Of a DNA stretch of 64,000 nt, positions 56,493 through 64,000 are shown piece by piece; within the stretch, counting starts at the first letter, position 1, and every line of letters begins with the position of its first letter. The notes under the pieces were generated by a model. It worked only from the letters and a program-made list of their open reading frames with translations. It was not told the origin of the DNA and made no database searches. Both the position numbers and the translations under genes were made by a program. Source of the DNA: a bacterium (lineage in GTDB: Bacteria > UBA8248); the NCBI GenBank assembly GCA_965213685.1, contig CBDBZY010000064.1:672001-736000 (forward strand), given 5' to 3'.

Positions 56493-57057
56493 ATGGCTGC
56501 ATATCACAACCCCGAAATCCAGACCAAAGCCGAAGAGAATCACCTTGAGCTGGCGGAAGCTAAGCAGCTTGGCCTTGGCCTCGGACTTGACGTCACAAAC
56601 CCCAACCCATGGGGAAACAAAACATCTCTCGAAGTTCGACGCAACGTTACCGCGGATGATATTTCGGTAATATGTGGGCCATGTAAAGTGAACCACTATA
56701 GCCGCTTGGTTGTTAATAGCAAAGACCTGATTTTTAATGCCGATGCGCATGCAGGTGCCCTTCATGAAGCCGTCAAAGTCGGTTTGGATACGGGTTTTTC
56801 TCGCAAGCTTACCCGTTCGCAGCAAGTCATCGGAACAAGAGTACACACTCGTACAGTTTCCTTCAAAGTCATTCCTGGAGATACAGCCGAAACATCGTTT
56901 GAGAGGGAACTTCGTGACGCAATCAACTTCGACAGCATTAAAGAAGACATGCAGACCCTCAAGGAAGCGTGCGAAAGGTTTGTAAGGAGATACGCTATCA
57001 CGCATTACTCGACGGCTCTTATGCTAGGAGCGATAAAATACCAAGTGGTTAGTTTAA
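56493..57057 (+). pseudogene. Type B3 MACPF paralog, 5' part of exon 1 (interrupted at TTAA)
   Basis: MAAYHNPEI..LGLGLGLDVTNPNPWGNKTS..FVRRYAITHYSTALMLGAIKYQVVSL, open until the transposon at 57058. Confidence 0.85.
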
Positions 57058-57633
57058 GGCAGGACGACCCTAAGACATGATTTTGCCTGATTTATGTTTT
57101 ATTGTATTCTCCTAATGATGCCTGTTAGCGAGATAACGTAGTTTTGCGTGATATCTCGGTTCATAGAATTATAAAATTTACGCAATATGCATATCGCTAA
57201 TTATAGAAAAAAAAATTTGCCAATAACGGCTAATGCTGCAGAGACGAAACTTCGGTGGATGATTAGTAAGCATAATGGCTATTTAAGTTTGCTTTAAAAA
57301 TCCGTGCTAAATCTTTCTTTCTAGACATATAATCGTTTTCTTCGTGCTGCAGAATTTAGAAAAACGGTAGCAAATTCTGCCGTAAAGTAGCAGGCCAAGC
57401 CTCGAGCAACCCATTGCGCATAAACTAGTTCACTCCCCTTTGGCGAGCATCCACCCCTTCACCGGTTGGCGCCACATAGCGCCGCACGTCCAACGGTAGC
57501 GGGAAATATGAATTTTTTTCCCAGCGAATTTGCAACCGCGCCAAAGAATTGCTGTCGTTTTAGCGTTGGTAAATGTAGGGGGAAAGCGACGGTAGAGTAA
57601 TTGACGAAGAACGCAATCATGACTCGCCCTCCC
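57058..57633 (-). mobile_element. Kolobok-like element copy K2 (reverse orientation)
   Basis: Reverse complement of K1, TTAA on both sides. Confidence 0.85.
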
Positions 57634-58188
57634 TTAAAAAACGCTAACACCATTGGACCCCTCGCAACTTTCCCGCTCTGGTGATATCCTTCATTAAACA
57701 TGAAAGCTTACCAGTCAAATGTTAGCTGTATGTCCCATAAAGAAAGTATGTAGGTACCACTGACCACAAGGAATTTAGTCCGCGTGACCTAACGGAGTGC
57801 GCGCGCCCCTCACGCGGCACTCGCGTTCTCGTTTTCAGAGGAAAAGCTCCAAGAAACGCAGGCTATGAAGATAAGGAAGGCTTTTGGTGTGTACTAACCT
57901 CCTGCAAAGGCAGTGCAAGGGTAGGAAGCAGATCTACTCGGAGTCTCGCGCGTATACACAGCTCAGACCACGCCCAGATGCCCGCGCATTCCGTTACCCA
58001 CAAATATGAGGGAAGTTGTAATAACAACGCGCACTTGCGTAAGCGAGTAAACCACAGCTACTTACAAAAAAGCTATATATGCTACAATTGAAAACTGCGA
58101 CTACAGATTACACAACGCATCTTAATATCAAACCATTGTAACTGATGTCACAACCATTACAAAACATCAATAAGGTATTGTAAGAGCA

Positions 58189-59533
58189 CTACATGGCAGA
58201 TTCTAAATGAAAGAGCATAAAAACATCTTTTCCGTAATGGGATGAAGAAGATTGTACAACAAACATCTGATACCAGGTTCCTTGCCTTGTTTTAACTTCT
58301 TTAACGCAAAGCTTGCCTCTTTTAAAAAGGTTACGCCTGCGTGCACATCGAATGAAACACCATACGTCCCCCTTGATCCAGAGATCTGCGTCTATCTCCA
58401 CTTTTTTTTCCTGCATTTGGTTTACCAAAGAAAATCTCGTGTTCTCCCTAGTGACATTTGCGGTAGTTATTATTGGAGGTTGGTTACGGGGATTTCTCCC
58501 AGTGACTGTTACTGCGTTTGTAATATAAGCAGCGGGATTAAGCTTACTTTCATCAAATTTTTTAATTGCAAATTTATTGGGGTAGTTTTCATACTCCAGC
58601 TAAATGCAAAACATGGTTGCACATGTCTTCTCAGTTGTTCCAACTATTGTTTCATCTGCTTCATTCTCCTTGAGATAAAGTGGATCATTGGCTGAACGAC
58701 ACATAATAAAGAAAGGCCCAACAGCTGAAAAAGATGGAAGTGGGTATAGATACATATTTGTGTGGTGCCTGGCCTATACACTTATAAACGCCTGCTTGCT
58801 TGACAACCCAAGTTTGAATATTCAGAACAAAACCCCTCATAGTTACACCAGGAGCGCATAAGCGCCGCGAAGCGGCGCCAAGGAGCGTCCAACAACTGAG
58901 AACAGCGATGTCCTAAACAGGAACTTTGACCTCTCAGTCTTTGACCAGCTGGAGAATCCACACTACAGTTACACTTGTAGTAGTTGTACACTTATGTAGC
59001 TTCTGTAGTAGCTGTTACGTAACTGTGATTCAAATAAGGGCATCTCCTTGGCGCCGCTTTGCGGTGCTTATGGGCTCAACATAATTATAATGTAGTCAAG
59101 CATGAGACCATGCACTATATTATTCTCGCGAGCCAGATCCTCGTAAATCGATTTACGAGGGCCTGGCTCGCGAGAATAGTACTATATAAAACCAGACAGC
59201 CGAGGTGTTAACACACATGCATGGAAAGATATTAAACTTACGCTTTTGCAGCTTTTCCCTGCAGTATGTCTGTACAGCTTGCAGAAGGGCATCTGCTAGC
59301 TTTGGTGTCTTCACCAGTCTGTCAATAGGTGCAATTTCAATTTCAATCACTCCTTCCTTTGTCACTGAAAAATCATCTGTCAATTTACCAATCTCTTCCA
59401 ACTGCATATCCTTTGAAAACTTTGTTGAGGTATAGTTTTGTTCCAGTTGTGCTGCAGCTGTTGGAGATGCAGGAGTGAGTACTACAGCAGTAGCGTTCAG
59501 TCCTAACCGAAACCGATTAGTTTGTTGATTTAA
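58189..59533 (-). pseudogene. Type B3 3' part (rest of exon 1, intron, exon 2), inverted relative to its 5' part
   Basis: Exon-1 remainder 59533-59242 (LNQQTNRFRLGLNATA..IEIAPIDRLVKTPKL..EKLQK, donor C|GTAAGT); exon 2 58724-58189 (VGPFFIMCRSANDPLYL..VFMLFHLESAM) with in-frame TAG at 58600-58602. Confidence 0.85.
59121..59178. mobile_element. 58-bp palindromic mini-element with 9-bp TSD (AcademH-like)
   Basis: gcactatat|tattctcgcgagccag..ctggctcgcgagaata|gtactatat. Confidence 0.75.
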
Positions 59534-60106
59534 GGGAGGGCGAGTCATGATTGCGTTCTTCGTCAATTACTCTACCGTCGCTTTCCCCCTACATTTACCA
59601 ACGCTAAAACGACAGCAATTCTTTGGCGCGGTTGCAAATTCGCTGGAAAAAAATTCATATTTCCCGCTACCGTTGGACGTGCGCGCTGTGTGGCGCCAAC
59701 CGGTGAAGAGGTGGATGCTCGCCAAAGGGGAGTGAACTAGTTTATGCGCAATGGGTTGCTCGAGGCTTGGCTTGCTACTTTACGGCAGAATATGCTACCG
59801 TTTTTCGAAATTCTGCAGCACGAAGAAAACGATTATATGTCTAGAAAGAAAGATTTAGCACGGATTTTTAAAGCAAACTTAGAGAGCCAACATGCTTAGT
59901 AATCATCCACCGAAGTTTCGTCTCTGCAGCATTAGCCGTTATTGGCAAATTTTTTTTCTATAATTAGCGATATGCATATTGCGTAAATTTTATAATTCTA
60001 TGAACCAACATATCACGCAAAACTACGTTATTTCGCTAACAGGCATCATTAGGAGAATACAATAAAACATAAATCAGGCAAAATCATGTCTTAGGGTCGT
60101 CCTGCC
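59534..60106 (+). mobile_element. Kolobok-like element copy K3
   Basis: Near-identical to K1, TTAA on both sides. Confidence 0.85.
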
Positions 60107-60887
60107 TTAATCGATTGGGCTAGTGGAAATGGCCCTAGGAACCAAGTTTCAAGAACGTAGATGGTTTAGTTAGGGAGTTTTATGAAAAAGAAAGTCGAGA
60201 ATTGACCGCTTCACCTTCCGGTGACAGAGTAAGCTACAGTTCTGAAACTTCGTATAGCAGCTGTGGCGTGTGCAGCGCTTTTAATAGCGCAATCGCGGCA
60301 TCCTTAGCTAGCGTACTTTCTGAAATACTGTCCCATAGCAACCAAGCACCTTATTAATATTCATGATGTCACACCACCCTTAACGCGTGTACAAATTTAT
60401 TTGCGCGTGTAAAGGCGGAAAATATTCCCCCGGGTAGCTTGCGGTTATCTAATTATAAATTCAGCCCCTGTAACTCACGCATTGTCTGCCCTCTCTAAGG
60501 TTTTATTGCCAATCTACTTCAGACCTAACCCACAACATACCCCTAACTTATATCCGTATGTGTAGTACGAACCGACAAATGGGGGGAGCTCGGATCGGCA
60601 CGTGTCCACAAAACAGGCGCAAAAATCTTTTTAGACGGGCCAATAAAACCAACATTTTTGCTGCTTAGCAAGTCATAAATGTAGAGTCCGTGGAAAAAAA
60701 ATGAAGTTGTTCTTGCATTGCGCAAAGGAGTTATAAATGAGTTTGTCAGATACCGCAAAACCACGTGTGATTCACTACTGAGAGAGAGCAACTGTAAGTG
60801 TTATATATATATAATGAATGCTGTAAGTGTTTAAAGAATAATAATGCCATAGAAAGTAATGTCTGAACACACTGGAAGGAGTAGAAG

Positions 60888-61990
60888 ATGGCTGACATTC
60901 TCATCACAGTCAGTAAGTCAGCCCCAATCGTGTGCACTCTGCCATCAGTTGCACACTCAGCTACTTCCCCTCAATGTTGGAAGAATCAATGCTGCCAGAA
61001 GCTAGCTCTGGATCTTCACCTCCAGCCACAGAGTGCAGTATGCCATGCATGCCGTAATGAGCTTAGCTGCAGGACTAAAGATCCCAATCATAAACCTAGG
61101 TGGGAGAAAGGCAAACAGGTGAAATGTGCAATACTTAATTGTGAAAAGCAGTTCTTCAGTCACTGTGGAATACCCCTTGATGACATTGTAGGGTGTCTAA
61201 ACAAAAATGGGGAGAGTATTCCAACGAACCTTAAGAACTCAGTGCCATTTTGTAATCACCATTACCACCTTGTATATAATGCATACCGGCCTTCCCAGTC
61301 TCACTGCTCAACATGTGGTTCAGCATTAAAAGAGGAAACACAAGACCATGTCCAAACCCACACAATATTGAACGTTACTTATCGGAAACAGCGGGTTTTG
61401 AGGGTAGAATAACCGACACTTTCAATATTGGATTCTTAGCATTCTTACGGCTAATTGGTACTGTTTACTACAAGAAGTATGCCTCAGCATTCAGACGCCC
61501 TACACCACAAGCACATTTTAATAGCTTTGCACAGAGTGATGCATCTGTAAAGGCTCTGCATATAGAGTGGCTGGATGACATACGAAACAGCATTTATGAC
61601 AGAACACAGTTTGAAAACAATATGATTCCCAGTATTGAGGCATTGTATCGCCACTGGAAAAGAGCCTGCTGGGTCATTGATATGTGGAGGCAAGCTGAGA
61701 ACAACCAAATAGCATTGAAACCCCTGGTATTACATGGATGGAAAACAGATGAGGATAAACTAGCCATTGATTGGGATAGTGAAGAAAACATTGAGAAAGT
61801 ACAACAGGTAAGGGGGCTACTAAAAGGATGCAAGTGCAAAACTGGATGCAGCACAAATCGCTGTGGATGCAGACACAAAGGAGTAGAGTGTTCAGAGGGT
61901 TGTGAATGTAAGGACTGTACCAATTTGGGGCTACCTAATGACACAAGTGAAGAGGATATGTGCGAACTCATCGAAGAGGAGGATTGGTAA
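60888..61990 (+). mobile_element. Academ-like DNA transposon coding relic (internally deleted, frameshifted)
   Basis: IPSIEALYRHWKRACWVIDMW..HGWK..IDW followed by the Cys cluster CKCKTGCSTNRCGCRHKGVECSEGCECKDCTN, resembling Academ transposase C-termini; no catalytic core seen. Confidence 0.65.
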
Positions 61991-63216
61991 CAAAGGGGGA
62001 AAGCGAAGATGAACAAAGACAGGAACCAGGAGGGAAAGAGGTCAATTGGGAACAGGGGTGCCCAGGCAACAACAGAGTCACTGGAGGAGGAGGTGGATGG
62101 GATTATGGAGTGGGTATTGGTTCAAACAATATGGACTCCATTGAGGACTGTGAGTACAATACTCCATTAGCATAGCGTAGTCAAATACATGTACGTGTAC
62201 ACACAGTCAATGACATGCCTACACATACATTGTGCAAACATTTTTTCTGTTAGCCCTAGTCATTTGCAATTTCATAGGTAGTTAAAAGGATGTTGTACGT
62301 CTCATATACTCCAAAAAGAAGTTGTTCCAGTCAGAAATCAGTTTGTTATGTTTCATTGAAAATCAGATATCACAACTACGATTCACTGCCAAATGCGAAG
62401 GCCAACTACAAACGGGTTATTCTGTGTTTTGGAACTTTTTCACTACAGAGACAAAGTACAATATATGTTCTACCAAATGTGTAAGTTTTACCTTGCAATG
62501 GCACCTCACGGGCCAGTTTTCAGTCGATACTTCCCTCTACCGTTTCATCGACATTTCGAGCTCGTGTTCTGTCATGACGTAATTGTGCAAATAAAATCAC
62601 GTGATTTTACCGTCGGCGGAACGACTGTCCCACGCATTTAATTATCGGAAGGAAAGGATCTGGGGGGGTACCAGCCACCAGTCACGGCGGTCTCTCGAAG
62701 CCACGCCTTCCCGTATGAGAAGGCGTGGTCATAGCGCAGCGTGTGGACGACAAGGACTACAGCTTGCACTGTCATTAATTGCTCAGACGTCATAGCTAAA
62801 CTCGTAACCATGCCTTTATCATCAAGCGGGGAGCCATCCCACGAGAAAACATGTACCTCTCGGGGCTCCACCAGAGGAAGGTCGACACGGGTAACCTTTA
62901 CGTGACCATGCTTACTGTACTAAACCACCGTAGACGTAATTTGCCGTTTTTCACCTGCGAGTCCCGATGATCTTCGAGTATCAGGACCAAGTTTAGGCCT
63001 TTTACGTAAGCATGGATGACGTAATACCTAATTGAAACAGGTCACGTAAAGGTTAACCTTCCTCTGGGGCTCCGTCATCCGCGCACGAAATCTGAATATA
63101 TACGACACCTGCACGGCCTCAGGTTTGAAGATGTATTTTCAAATATTAAAGTGATGTAACTCATGGGACAATAATAATTGAAGACCTCCGGTCAGAAAGG
63201 GCGTTAAAACGACGTT

Positions 63217-63561
63217 CGTATACATAACACCGGTGCGAAATATTTCTAACCGCGATTTCTAAATAGCGCCTATCTGGTTGGCAAAAAGCATGGTTGCGTG
63301 TACTACGGCGGACAAAGGAAAGTGAGTGGTTACTTCGAGTCGTTGGATTGGCAAGGAAAGAAGCGATATAAAGAGAAGCTGGAAACAGTGGTCCTTTCAC
63401 TAGAAGATGACCCTTACTGTTCCTTGCCAATCCAACGACTCGAAGTAACCACTCATTTTTCTTTGTCCGCCGTAGTACACGCAACCACGCTTTTTGCCAA
63501 CCAGATAGGCGCTATTTAGAAATCGCGGTTAGAAATATTTCGCACCGGTGTTATGTATACG
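63217..63561. mobile_element. Foldback element (~140-bp arms) containing an ISL2EU-like coding fragment; nested in an outer imperfect TIR pair (~63174-63942)
   Basis: 63217-63358 is the reverse complement of ~63420-63561; encodes GYFESLD..KRYKEKL..DDPY, similar to the 15536 ORF. Outer ctccggtcagaaaggg / ccctttttgaccggag. Confidence 0.7.
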
Positions 63562-64000
63562 TCGAGAAAACGGCCATTGAAAGATTTACGGTTTAGTTTA
63601 CGGGTTTTTTTCTTTAAATATACGAATGAAAATATTTCTTTGGAGGCCTAGGGGTTGTCCACGAAGGTTTCTTCTGTTTGCTATACCTTCTGGGCGTTTC
63701 AAGGCGCTTTCTAGACTACAAATATTGTGAACTACCCATGCGGCGAATGCAGAAAGAGGTGAAAGTATATAACAAGGCCCTTTTGGTCGGAGGTTGAAGG
63801 TTATAAATCACGCAAGGCATATATTTAGACTGTAATACTTCGGCAGCAGATAGTTGAGTCATATTCCGTTACTTTTCATGCAAAAGTCTTCTTTTTACCT
63901 CGAAGTGTTTTAATTCCCTTTTTGACCGGAGCCCTCCAATTATGTGGCTTTAAAAAGTAGTATACTGAAGATGTTACATAGGAACGTTTACGCGCCACTT

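Noticed and set aside
58600-58602. Stop-codon readthrough or recoding in B3 exon 2
   Set aside because: Gene is already broken by insertion and inversion; a nonsense mutation at a Glu-equivalent position is simpler.
57634-62900. Terminal repeats for the Academ-like relic
   Set aside because: Searched by eye on both sides, including the inverted segment; no convincing TIR/TSD pair found.

Overview
Eukaryotic, intron-containing, repeat-rich animal DNA; the gene and TE families suggest a demosponge (inference, no database check). Left to right: (1) a long single-exon minus-strand gene for a secreted/membrane beta-helix-repeat (GGA/FxxN) + Cys-rich + multi-TM receptor-like protein running off the left edge, with a decayed duplicate of its 5' end; (2) nested DNA-transposon and CRE/LINE retrotransposon relics; (3) an intronless AIG1/GIMAP-like GTPase; (4) a 21-exon V-ATPase V0 subunit a gene (14834-30576) whose introns are saturated with (TACATG)n arrays, TA-targeting CAGT..ACTG MITEs and tRNA-derived SINEs; (5) a roughly 3x tandem array (~31.4-59.5 kb) of divergently oriented paralog pairs encoding signal-peptide-less MACPF-domain + putative beta-trefoil proteins (type A: two intact, one frameshifted; type B: all three disabled, the last split by a TTAA-transposon-bounded inversion); (6) Academ- and ISL2EU-like relics. 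Best leads: the MACPF/beta-trefoil pair array as an uncharacterised pore-forming immune/toxin system, and the idea that the intronic (TACATG)n arrays are iterated Tc1/mariner excision footprints. All coordinates were read by hand.
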